From an uncultured Opitutales bacterium (GTDB lineage: Bacteria > Verrucomicrobiota > Verrucomicrobiia > Opitutales > CAYWEO01), in assembly GCA_964457855.1 (NCBI GenBank), contig CAYWEO010000012.1:1-30104 (forward strand): a DNA stretch of 30,104 nucleotides. The letters are read 5' to 3'. The first letter of the stretch is position 1. Each line of letters opens with the position of its first letter. The position numbers and the translations under genes were made by a program. The notes beneath the pieces were generated by a model, which was not told the origin of the DNA, searched no databases, and was given only the letters and a program-made list of their open reading frames with translations. Below, piece by piece: positions 6,258 through 14,660 of the stretch.

Positions 6258-7685
6258 ATGAAAAAAGCTTTTTTTGGAGCCCTGATCGGATATTTTGTAA
6301 GCGGGGCCAGTGTTTTTGGTAACGGAATCAACGCAGATCCCCTCGCGGTCAATGCCATTCCGTGGGCTAACTACCTCGCAACGGCTTTATTTATGGGAGC
6401 GATTCTGCACACGTTTCTGACGGTAAAGATTCAGCATTACGTGGAGCATTTTTCGAAAAAATATCCCGTTGATGCGCAACCATTTGGGCTCAAAATCGCG
6501 CACTTTTTAGGCGAAGTTGAGGTCGTATTTGGCCTGTGGGTTTTACCGTTGTTGGTTGTTCTAACGTTTTTCAAGAGTTGGGAGTCGGCCGCAAACTATA
6601 TCGGATCGCGGCATTACGGGGAGCCTCTGTTTGTCATCGTGATCATGTGTATTGCGTCGTCCAAACCCATCTTGAAGGCGGCGGAATTTTGCTTAAAGCA
6701 CGTGGCAACGTTGGGGAATCAGACGGTGAGCGCCTGGTGGATGGCGATTTTGGTTTTGGCGCCGCTGTTGGGATCTCTCATTACTGAACCAGGTGCTATG
6801 ACGATTGCGGCCTCGTTGTTGGCGAAAAAGTGCTTTGATGTCGATGATGCGGACGGCACAACAGCGTCTTCGCGGGCTTTCCGTTACGCGACGTTGGGAT
6901 TGCTCTTCGTAAACGTTTCCATTGGGGGCACTTTGACGCATTTCGCTGCTCCACCCGTCCTAATGGTTGCGCGGACGTGGAATTGGAATACCCTCTTCAT
7001 GCTCAAGCACTTCGGTTGGTTGGTAGTGCTGGCAATATTCTTATCGACAACGTTTTATGGGATCTTGTTCCGAAAAGAGCTCGGGCGGTTAAACGCCTGC
7101 AAGAGAAGGCGTGAGGAAGGGGATTCTGTTCTTGCTGAGCCTGCCATGCCCCTGTGGGTGATTGGCGCGCACGTGATTTTCCTGTTATGGACTGTTTTTA
7201 ATGTCCAATATGTCCCGTTATTTATGGGAGGATTCCTCTTTTTCCTCGCCTTTGTGCAATCGACGCCCGCTTATCAGGAGCGTTTAAAATTGAGGGAATC
7301 GATTCTGGTGGGATTCTTCTTGGCCGGCTTGGTGATTCACGGAGGTCTCCAAACATGGTGGATAGAACCCCTCATCGGACGCGCAAGTGAGGCAATGTTG
7401 TTCTACGGAGCAACGTTTTTGACGTCCTTCAACGATAACGCTGCGATCACATACTTGGCGTCCTTGGTGCCATCATTCGCGGGACAACTGAATCTGCAAA
7501 CGGCCGTCGTTGCCGGCGCGGTGACAGGAGGCGGATTGACGGTCATCGCCAACGCGCCGAATCCCGCTGGACAGTCGTTGCTAGCACGCTACTTTAAGGG
7601 GGGGGTTTTGCCTTTATGGTTATTTCTGGGCGCCGTTCCGCCAACGATCATTGTGATTCTTTGCTTTCGCTGGATCGGGCGCTAG
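6258..7685 (+). CDS. Polytopic inner-membrane permease, possibly of the ion-transporter (ArsB/NhaD-like) superfamily
   Basis: 475-codon ORF with roughly a dozen hydrophobic segments by eye. LITEPGAMTIAA and SFNDNAAITYLA / VIANAPNPAG resemble the paired re-entrant loop motifs of IT-superfamily transporters. The family assignment is tentative. Confidence 0.6.
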   Translation: MKKAFFGALIGYFVSGASVFGNGINADPLAVNAIPWANYLATALFMGAILHTFLTVKIQHYVEHFSKKYPVDAQPFGLKIAHFLGEVEVVFGLWVLPLLVVLTFFKSWESAANYIGSRHYGEPLFVIVIMCIASSKPILKAAEFCLKHVATLGNQTVSAWWMAILVLAPLLGSLITEPGAMTIAASLLAKKCFDVDDADGTTASSRAFRYATLGLLFVNVSIGGTLTHFAAPPVLMVARTWNWNTLFMLKHFGWLVVLAIFLSTTFYGILFRKELGRLNACKRRREEGDSVLAEPAMPLWVIGAHVIFLLWTVFNVQYVPLFMGGFLFFLAFVQSTPAYQERLKLRESILVGFFLAGLVIHGGLQTWWIEPLIGRASEAMLFYGATFLTSFNDNAAITYLASLVPSFAGQLNLQTAVVAGAVTGGGLTVIANAPNPAGQSLLARYFKGGVLPLWLFLGAVPPTIIVILCFRWIGR

Positions 7686-8227
7686 ATTGTATTTTTCGGC
7701 TGATTTAGAAGCGCAGCTATTTTCTTTGCTGTGTCTACCACTTCTTGATCGAGCGCTTCCTTGGCTGAGTGTTTTGCGAGATCTGCCATGAAATCGAGAA
7801 CCTCTTCATGGCCCTCTCGCTTGGCTTTGAGTGCCGCTAACTCAGCTTCTGCGTGGGCATTTAAGAGATCAACCGTACTGATTTCGGCCGCCCGCGACGT
7901 ATCTTCACACGCGTGTGACTCAATGTGTGGTTTGAGACTCACAGTATAGGTTTCCTTGTCGATCTTAACGCTTCCATTGCTCGCAAGTTTGTTCATGACG
8001 TCCGTAGCTGCTTCTAGAGAGATGGGCTTTTCGCTCTGCAATTTCTCCTTTAAAATCGAGACAACCTTATCAAATTCCGGCTTGCTTTCCCTGATACGTT
8101 TCTCGTATAAGCTGTCGCAATCGCTTTCAAATTTCTTAAGCTCTGTCTCTGAAGCCTTTTTTTGAACTGGATTGGGATCGGTGTTATTTATATAAGCTGG
8201 TTGTGATTGTACTGATTGTATTGCCAT
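7682..8227 (-). CDS. Hypothetical acidic, helical/coiled-coil-like protein (181 aa), no recognised family
   Basis: Uninterrupted ORF filling the gap between the permease and murJ. It has no signal peptide or TM segment, and shows helical heptad-like stretches (AEAELAALKAKREGHEEV). Its stop shares the palindrome CTAG (7682-7685) with the convergent permease stop. Confidence 0.5.
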   Translation of the reverse strand: MAIQSVQSQPAYINNTDPNPVQKKASETELKKFESDCDSLYEKRIRESKPEFDKVVSILKEKLQSEKPISLEAATDVMNKLASNGSVKIDKETYTVSLKPHIESHACEDTSRAAEISTVDLLNAHAEAELAALKAKREGHEEVLDFMADLAKHSAKEALDQEVVDTAKKIAALLNQPKNTI

Positions 8228-8308
8228 AAAAAATATAGAGTATTCTCATTAATTCTATTGCATTTTTCGCAATAGTCAAAAAAACTTTAATAAAAAAATC
8301 CTCCTATT

Positions 8309-9859
8309 GTGCACTTAAGAAAAATGTTAACGTTATTCTGGGGAGTTCTCGCTTCACGGATCTTTGGACTTGCTCGCGATGCCTTGATATTCACGTATTT
8401 AGGCGTTTCTGAATGGAGTTCAGCCTTCGTGTTGGCGTTTACTTTGCCGAACCTCTTCCGACGTTTACTCGGCGAGGGGGCTCTGACGTCGGCGCTAATT
8501 CCTGTGTTTTCAGGGGTGTTTGTCGCAAACGGTAAAGAGGCTGCTTTTAGCGTCCTAAATAAGGTGATTGCGCGGTTTTTGGGAATTATTTGTGTGGTAA
8601 CGGGCATCGTGGTGGTTGCTTTGTTGGCCGTGAAATACATTCCTGGCCTTCCCGAGCGTTGGTATTTGGGGGCGGAATTGGCGGAAATTCTTATGCCGTA
8701 CATGGGAATGATCTGTTTGGCGGCAGTAGTGAGCGCGTTGTTGAATATTTTGGATCATTTTGGATCGCTCGGTTTGTCGGCGGTTTGGCTCAACGTGAGC
8801 ATGATCGCGAGCTTGTACGTTGGAGGGAAATGGTTTCAGCACGATCCCAAGCGGCAAGTGGAATGTTTGTGCGTGGGGGTGCTGGTGGGAGGCGTCCTGC
8901 AGTTATGGATTCCCGCCCATCAGCTCTGGAAACGCGGCTGGAAATGGCATTTTGACGGCGGTCGTTGCGAGGAAATGAGCCACGTCGTGCGCCTGTTTTT
9001 GCCGGGGGTTCTTGGTGCAGCTGTCTTTCAAATCAATCTCCTGTGCGGGCGCCTGATTGCATTTTCGATGGATGCTACAGCGACGTCTGTGCTGTATTTG
9101 GTGAATCGCTTTATGGAATTACCGCTTGGCCTCTTCGTTTTCGCAATCACAACGGTGGTTTTCCCCACTTTGGCAGTTGCGATCGCGAAATGCAGCTGGG
9201 GGGCCGTTGCGGATCACTATAGACGGGGATTATTGTTGGTCCTAGGCATGACAATTCCCGCGGGTGTTGGGATGGCGGTTTTGCGTAACCCGATCATCAG
9301 TCTCTTCTTCGAGTGGGGGAAGTTCGGGGCTCAGGACGTAAACGCTTGCAGCCCACTGTTTTTAATCTTTGCGTGGGCCTTGCCATTTTACGCACAAACG
9401 ACGTTTGTGACGAGGGGATTCCATGCGATGAAGGATACGGTAACGCCCGTCAAAATCGCCTTTAAAGTGTTTGCGCTCAATATTTTTCTATCGCTTGCAA
9501 TGTATCGCTTAGGTGTCGTTGGATTAAGCCTCGCCAACGTTTTTTCAACCATCTTTCACGGGATCTGTTTGCAACGGGCGATTTCGCGGAGGAACGAGGC
9601 GTTTCATTTTACGGGTTTGTGGCGGCCGATCGGACGGATGATCCTTGCGGCGATTCTGATGGGGGTGGTTTGCCAGGGAATTTTGGCGATCATGCAGGTT
9701 GAGGAGGCACCGTCTAAGTGGTTGCTGGTGAGATCGTTAATGAGTGTCATTGCTTGCGGATCTGTCGTGTATGGTCTGTCGTTGTACTTATTACAAGCGC
9801 CAGGCAAACGGAAGTTGTTATGGGCAGGAATTCGGGAAATTTTTATCAAAAAGGTATGA
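8309..9859 (+). CDS. murJ: Lipid II flippase MurJ (MviN family)
   Basis: Polytopic protein of about 510 aa. The N-terminal LASRIFGLARDALIFTYLG...FTLPNLFRRLLGEGALTSALIPVF matches the MurJ signature region (E. coli SRVLGFARD...[24 protein letters not shown]). The start is either GTG 8309 (ORF track) or ATG 8324. Confidence 0.85.
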   Translation: MHLRKMLTLFWGVLASRIFGLARDALIFTYLGVSEWSSAFVLAFTLPNLFRRLLGEGALTSALIPVFSGVFVANGKEAAFSVLNKVIARFLGIICVVTGIVVVALLAVKYIPGLPERWYLGAELAEILMPYMGMICLAAVVSALLNILDHFGSLGLSAVWLNVSMIASLYVGGKWFQHDPKRQVECLCVGVLVGGVLQLWIPAHQLWKRGWKWHFDGGRCEEMSHVVRLFLPGVLGAAVFQINLLCGRLIAFSMDATATSVLYLVNRFMELPLGLFVFAITTVVFPTLAVAIAKCSWGAVADHYRRGLLLVLGMTIPAGVGMAVLRNPIISLFFEWGKFGAQDVNACSPLFLIFAWALPFYAQTTFVTRGFHAMKDTVTPVKIAFKVFALNIFLSLAMYRLGVVGLSLANVFSTIFHGICLQRAISRRNEAFHFTGLWRPIGRMILAAILMGVVCQGILAIMQVEEAPSKWLLVRSLMSVIACGSVVYGLSLYLLQAPGKRKLLWAGIREIFIKKV

Positions 9860-9863
9860 TGTT

Positions 9864-10991
9864 ATGTCAGAATTTATAGGAGAATCGATTAAAGTGATGG
9901 GTGTCGGAAACGTCGGGTTGCGTGTCCTGCAAAGTATTGACAGAGAAGATGTTTGTGCGAGCGTGTTGCATACGGACGTGCGTGCGCTGGAGCAGGTTGC
10001 GTTGGCGTTGCCGAAAAATGTCAAAAAAGTCCTCTTGGGACGTTCGTTGCTGCACGGTTTGGGTACGGGCGGTGATGTGACGTTGGGGAATGCCGTTGGA
10101 GAGGCTGAGAGAGAGGCGATCGAGGCTGTCATCGGCGATGCGAAACTCCTCTTTCTTGTCGTTGGCTTGGGGGGCGGCACGGGATCGAGTTTGGGGCCTC
10201 TGATCGCGAAATTGGCGGTTTTGCGTGGGGTTTACGTCTTTGCTTACGCTCTTTTGCCGTTCGAGTTTGAGGGGAAAAAGCGCTTTGAAGTCGCCAATCA
10301 TGCCTTGAAGGAGCTGGAATCCGTTTGCGACGTCGTGATTTGCCTGCAGAACGACTTTCTGTTGAACGGACGCGGGCATAATGTGCCGCAGGATACCCTT
10401 GTCTTGGAAGCATTTGAGTGCGCGCACAAGTGGATTTGGAACGGCATCAGAGGGATTATTCAAGTCGCTCGCGGAGAGGGACTTTTGCTGGGAGATCAAC
10501 GAGCGCTCTTGAACTTTCTAGATGCTGCGAAAAACGAACAGTGCGTCTTTGGCGTTGGTTCTGGAGCAGGAAAAGATTGCGAACGCGTTGCACTGGAACA
10601 GCTTCGGCAGTGTCCCTTTTTTGTTTTGCGCAATGACTGGAAAATTGCCCATGCGGTCATTGTGTTAAGGAGTGGGAAAGATTTTACGCAAGTGCGTGCG
10701 ATGGAATGCGCTAAGAAAATTACTGACCTGTTCGGCATCGGCGAGCAAAGAATCTTTTGCTTGGAAATTGATGAACATGCGCAGCAAGTGCTTGATGTGT
10801 ATATCATTGGCATCGCTAAAGAGCAGTTCCGCATGGGCGGGCGGTATTGCCTATATTCCGAGGATACGGTCGGCTGGGAGCTGCTTGTCTCTGGCAAACA
10901 GGACGTGGCAAGTTGGCAAGAAGGCCTTCTGAGAGAGGTGGATATGGACGTCCCCACCTACATGCGTTTGAATATTCCTTTGTCTCGGTAA
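9864..10991 (+). CDS. ftsZ: Divergent FtsZ-family (tubulin-like GTPase) protein, translationally coupled to murJ
   Basis: ATG 9864 lies 4 nt after the murJ stop (TGA 9857-9859); the longer ORF from 9744 overlaps murJ and is rejected. It is collinear by eye with E. coli FtsZ. Matches are IKVMGVG, HTD (NTD), GLGTGGDVTLG (T3), GLGGGTGSS at 10164-10190 (tubulin signature GGGTGxG), LPFEFEGKKR (T5), QNDFLL (T6) and C-terminal DVPTYMRL at 10947-10970 (cf. DIPAFLR). The T1 loop reads GVGNVG (9900-9917) instead of GVGGGGGN. The T7 position reads LGDQRA (10488-10505) instead of NVDFAD. Confidence 0.8.
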   Translation: MSEFIGESIKVMGVGNVGLRVLQSIDREDVCASVLHTDVRALEQVALALPKNVKKVLLGRSLLHGLGTGGDVTLGNAVGEAEREAIEAVIGDAKLLFLVVGLGGGTGSSLGPLIAKLAVLRGVYVFAYALLPFEFEGKKRFEVANHALKELESVCDVVICLQNDFLLNGRGHNVPQDTLVLEAFECAHKWIWNGIRGIIQVARGEGLLLGDQRALLNFLDAAKNEQCVFGVGSGAGKDCERVALEQLRQCPFFVLRNDWKIAHAVIVLRSGKDFTQVRAMECAKKITDLFGIGEQRIFCLEIDEHAQQVLDVYIIGIAKEQFRMGGRYCLYSEDTVGWELLVSGKQDVASWQEGLLREVDMDVPTYMRLNIPLSR

Positions 10992-11003
10992 AGGCGGGAA
11001 ATT

Positions 11004-11088
11004 CCGGAGAACCCTATTTTTGCAAACAATGGGTTCTCGTGGACCCTCTGGACTCTTCAAAGAAAACTCTTATTCGGCAGGCATTTTT
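11004..11088. repeat. Compound palindromic repeat, truncated copy (H1 hairpin + spacer + left half of H2)
   Basis: It begins 13 nt after the ftsZ-like stop. H1 is ccggagaaccctatttttgcaaacaatgggttctcgtgg, the spacer is ccctctggactcttcaaagaaaactcttatt, and then only cggcaggcatttttg follows (left arm of H2). Confidence 0.7.
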
Positions 11089-11163
11089 GTATTTTCGCTT
11101 GACAAGTTGGTAATTATACTAAACGCATAATCGTATAAAATTTAACAATACAGGAGTTTTGAT

Positions 11164-12720
11164 ATGAATAGAGCCCATTTACTAAAAAAAGTCGTTATCG
11201 GTGCGTGTGCGTGTTTATGCACGATTATCGGCATGTCATCGGCATCTGCGATGAAGAAAATCGAATGGAAGGAAAATGCCAAAATCGTGAATTCGGAAGA
11301 GGCTAAAGAAGAAAATAGTAAGAAATGTATGGTGAATGTCTTGGGCGATGTTTGGATTTTTTTTAACGAGAATTCGCTCTCGAAAAATACGTTCTCGAAG
11401 AATAAGTCCCAGAGGAGGAGATTTGACAAGTTCCAGAAGAAGAGATTTAAGATAACCTATACGATGACAAAAGAACATGGCGATCAATTCCGCAAATGGC
11501 TCAACAACGGTACTTGGCTCGAAACGAGTGCTGGTACGTCGGAATTTTTTACCGCTTCGCAATGGTATGCTAAGAACGATAAAGAATGGATTAAATTGTC
11601 GAGCGAATCGAAGCATGAGAAGTCTAGATACGAAGTGTTGAGCGAGCCGTTAAAGCAGACGTCATTGGATAAGTGCCTCAAGGGCATTCGCAATTTTTCT
11701 TTAGGCAATACTGCAGAGAAGCAGATACTTGGGTTAGTCATGCCGGATATGGAATGGTTTAAGAATGCGATATTGAAGCAATGTATCCATTGCAAGGAGG
11801 TTTGCCTTTCTGGAAACGTATTTGATCAGGGCGGGGACGGTTGGTGGTTTGAGCTCTCGGAAGTTCTCAATGAGGGACTATGGCATGTCCTTAAATCTAT
11901 GGAGCTGAAAAAACTGACACTTTGCTGTTACCTACGTGAAGATCTTTTGGATTCGTTTTTGAGGAAGTCCTTATTAGCTCGCGACAATAACGTTCCTAGC
12001 GTTCCCTGGAAGTTTTTTGGCCAACTTGAACAGGTGACGTTAGTTCTGAAGGGTTGTAAAAACGGTCGAAAAATCTTTGACCCTTATCAGCTTATTACGT
12101 TCGGGTCCATAAGTGGAAGTGGATATAGTAAAGTCAGATCTTGGTTAAAGCTCGATTTTAGCCAATGTAAAAAACTAAAAGAGTTAAAAATCTATGCACA
12201 TGGAATAAAATTCAACGAGACAATTTTGGAGACCATTCCGGAATCTATTGAAGTGTTGGAATTGCATTTTTGGAACAGTGCCATTGATTTTCGTTCCTTT
12301 CAGAAATTTAAAAATCTCAAAAATCTCAAGAAGCTTAATTTGTGGTTGTATGGCCCTAAGTCGGAAATTTATAAATTTAAAGGAATCGGAACGATGGAAA
12401 ATTTGGAAGAGCTTGGAGTTTTCTTGAGTGAAGAGGCTTTGGATAAGATTAAAACGGAATTTTTAAGTCCTATTAATGAATTGAAAAATCTGAAGAAGCT
12501 AAGACTCTGCAATTTTAAAATATCGGATGAAGATAGCTTCTACTCTTTCTTAGAGAAGTTTCCAAATCTCGAAAAACTCTTAGTGAATGACGCTGTTTTC
12601 GGTAAAAATATGTCTCTTGCGGAAAATCAAAACACATTGCGAATAAATTACTTGGCCAATAAGAGTTGCAAAATTAAGAGCAAATTTAAGCACGCGGCCA
12701 AAAACAAGTTTATAGAGTAG
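11164..12720 (+). CDS. Exported LRR-like protein, family 2, paralog A
   Basis: AGGAG lies 7 nt upstream of ATG 11164. The signal peptide is MNRAHLLKKVVIGACACLCTIIGMSSASA/MKK. The C-terminal third has leucine-rich repeats with xNLxxLxL cores (FKNLKNLKKLNLWL, MENLEELGVFL, LKNLKKLRLCNFKI, FPNLEKLLVND). It is collinear with the two downstream paralogs (LDFSQCKKLKELKIYA...IEVLELHF). Confidence 0.75.
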   Translation: MNRAHLLKKVVIGACACLCTIIGMSSASAMKKIEWKENAKIVNSEEAKEENSKKCMVNVLGDVWIFFNENSLSKNTFSKNKSQRRRFDKFQKKRFKITYTMTKEHGDQFRKWLNNGTWLETSAGTSEFFTASQWYAKNDKEWIKLSSESKHEKSRYEVLSEPLKQTSLDKCLKGIRNFSLGNTAEKQILGLVMPDMEWFKNAILKQCIHCKEVCLSGNVFDQGGDGWWFELSEVLNEGLWHVLKSMELKKLTLCCYLREDLLDSFLRKSLLARDNNVPSVPWKFFGQLEQVTLVLKGCKNGRKIFDPYQLITFGSISGSGYSKVRSWLKLDFSQCKKLKELKIYAHGIKFNETILETIPESIEVLELHFWNSAIDFRSFQKFKNLKNLKKLNLWLYGPKSEIYKFKGIGTMENLEELGVFLSEEALDKIKTEFLSPINELKNLKKLRLCNFKISDEDSFYSFLEKFPNLEKLLVNDAVFGKNMSLAENQNTLRINYLANKSCKIKSKFKHAAKNKFIE

Positions 12721-12759
12721 ATTGCAATAGTTAAAATTTAACAATATAGGAGTTTTTAT

Positions 12760-14616
12760 ATGACTATCGTTTATTTATTAAAAAAAACCGCTATCGGCGC
12801 GTGCGTGTGTTTGTGCACGCTATTGGGCATTTCATCGGCATCTGCGATGAAGGAGACGCAACTATGGGAGTTTTTTCATAGATTCTTAACGGAAGATGCT
12901 CCAAAGGATATCGAGGTGCGTGATTACAAAAAGCCCTTAAAAGAGATTTTTGGCAATATGACGATTGAGGAGATTAGTATACAACTATTTGGTGATCGGT
13001 TTATGATGTCGATGATTAGTGAGGCAGGAGCTAGTCAAGATCAGGGAAATGGAAGCTGTCTAAATAATACCATCGAGTCGGAGACGATTTTCCCAGTTCT
13101 TGCTTTGACGGAAACTCAAAAAGAGAAAAATAACCAAAAGTGCCACCATTACCTTCACGATTTGAACATTCGTTTTGAGAACACAAAAGTTGTTGAGGAT
13201 AACAAAAATACATCTAATAATAAGTTGGATCTAAATCTCGGCGAAAATCCCAACGCTGTTGTTTCGTTGACGGGTTCTGAGAAGAAAAATCGCGACAAAT
13301 GTAAGCGTTCCCTTTGTGATGTGCTCATTGAGTTTAAGTCTATTACGAAATTTGAGAATAATTCTGGGCAGAAGGCCATTGTGTTTACAATCTCTGAGGA
13401 ATGCAAAGGAGACTTCAAGAAATGGCTCTGGGATGAATCAGAATTATTTCATTTTAAGCAATGGAAGAAAGAGATTGCTAAAATTAATGACCAACTCACG
13501 CGTGGCTTGTTTTTGTGCCAACTTTCTTATGACAGCGGAATGCCGATCCGTCCGGAACACCTCAAAGGAGAGTGGATGAGTCGCGTTACTCGATTTTCCT
13601 TTGGTGCGATTGAAGTTACAATGAAGCGGATTCCGGATATTGAATGGTTGATGGATGTGCTAAAGAAGTGTCCTAAGTGCAAAGAATTCAATTTGCTTTC
13701 GCACAACATCTTTAACGATGATTGTTGGTATTTAAGGCCTTTCGAGTTTCTAAATTCAGGGTTGTTAAAACAGTTGCAATTTATGCAAATTAAAAAGCTG
13801 GGGCTTTGTTTTCGTATGTATCGATCGGTTTGGAGTGACATTAAGAAATACAAGAGTCCGCCAAACGTCTATCCGCTTAAGTTCTGGAGGGAACTCGAAG
13901 ACGTTGAATTAGTTTTCGAAATGTCATTGTATTGGGCGCCAACACTTTTTGTGGGCGATCTTTTTGTGGGCGATTATACTTTCAATGATGGAAACAAACT
14001 TAAAACCGAAAGTTACAAAAAACACCTAGAGCTCGATTTCAGTCAATGTCTTTTCCTTAAAAAACTAACCATTTACGCTCCCGACGCGCGCTTTACTGAA
14101 GAGATTTTGGCAACCATACCAAATAACTCCCTTGAAGAGCTTGAGTTGCATTTTACAGTCAAGGACGAAACAGATTTCAGCTGGTTAGCAAGGTTCAAAA
14201 ATCTCAAAGTGCTTCGTCTGTGGCTTTATAAATATGACGTTTGGCAACTGAAGTTTAAAGGTCTCACAAATCCAAAACTCGAGAAGCTCGTTATATGCAT
14301 GGATAGCCATTGCTCCAAAGGTCGAAGTATTAACATTGAGCGTTTTAATTTTCTAAAAGGACTGAAAAACCTCAAGAAATTGACATTGGGTAATATCTGC
14401 TTTAAAAAGCCGGAAGATTTCTACAATTTGTTGGAGAATATGAAGGAAAAAGGTATCTCTCTGAAAAAACTTTTATTGACTAACCAAGTCTTGGATCGAG
14501 ATATCACAAGCGAGACAAATGAAAGCATATTGCGCGAGATTTACATTCCTGAGGACTGTATAATAAAGAACACGTTTAAAAATGAAGGTAAAAACTCTTT
14601 TGTAGGAGAAGAGTAA
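12760..14616 (+). CDS. Exported LRR-like protein, family 2, paralog B (N-terminal Cys module duplicated)
   Basis: AGGAG lies 7 nt upstream of ATG 12760. The signal peptide is MTIVYLLKKTAIGACVCLCTLLGISSASA/MKE. There are two copies of the module LT-x4-K-N-x2-KC...D(V/L)xIxF (LALTETQKEKNNQKCHHYLHDLNIRF and VSLTGSEKKNRDKCKRSLCDVLIEF). The C-terminal repeats include FKNLKVLRLWL, LKNLKKLTLGNICF and ELDFSQCLFLKKLTIYA. Confidence 0.75.
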   Translation: MTIVYLLKKTAIGACVCLCTLLGISSASAMKETQLWEFFHRFLTEDAPKDIEVRDYKKPLKEIFGNMTIEEISIQLFGDRFMMSMISEAGASQDQGNGSCLNNTIESETIFPVLALTETQKEKNNQKCHHYLHDLNIRFENTKVVEDNKNTSNNKLDLNLGENPNAVVSLTGSEKKNRDKCKRSLCDVLIEFKSITKFENNSGQKAIVFTISEECKGDFKKWLWDESELFHFKQWKKEIAKINDQLTRGLFLCQLSYDSGMPIRPEHLKGEWMSRVTRFSFGAIEVTMKRIPDIEWLMDVLKKCPKCKEFNLLSHNIFNDDCWYLRPFEFLNSGLLKQLQFMQIKKLGLCFRMYRSVWSDIKKYKSPPNVYPLKFWRELEDVELVFEMSLYWAPTLFVGDLFVGDYTFNDGNKLKTESYKKHLELDFSQCLFLKKLTIYAPDARFTEEILATIPNNSLEELELHFTVKDETDFSWLARFKNLKVLRLWLYKYDVWQLKFKGLTNPKLEKLVICMDSHCSKGRSINIERFNFLKGLKNLKKLTLGNICFKKPEDFYNLLENMKEKGISLKKLLLTNQVLDRDITSETNESILREIYIPEDCIIKNTFKNEGKNSFVGEE

Positions 14617-14660
14617 ACATTGAAGAGAAAGAAAACAAAAACGAGCTTATAAAGTAAGGG

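Noticed and set aside
9744-9863. N-terminal extension of the FtsZ-like ORF (ORF track start 9744).
   Set aside because: These 40 codons lie entirely inside the murJ 3' end in another frame and have no FtsZ-like sequence. ATG 9864 immediately after the murJ stop gives a normal FtsZ N-terminus (SIKVMGVG).
11099-11163. Candidate promoters upstream of family-2 paralog A (TTGACA at 11099) and paralog C (TTGACA at 14803).
   Set aside because: In both cases no acceptable -10 hexamer lies at 16-19 nt spacing (TATACT is only 10 nt away at 11099; AACTAA at 14826). I do not report them as promoters.
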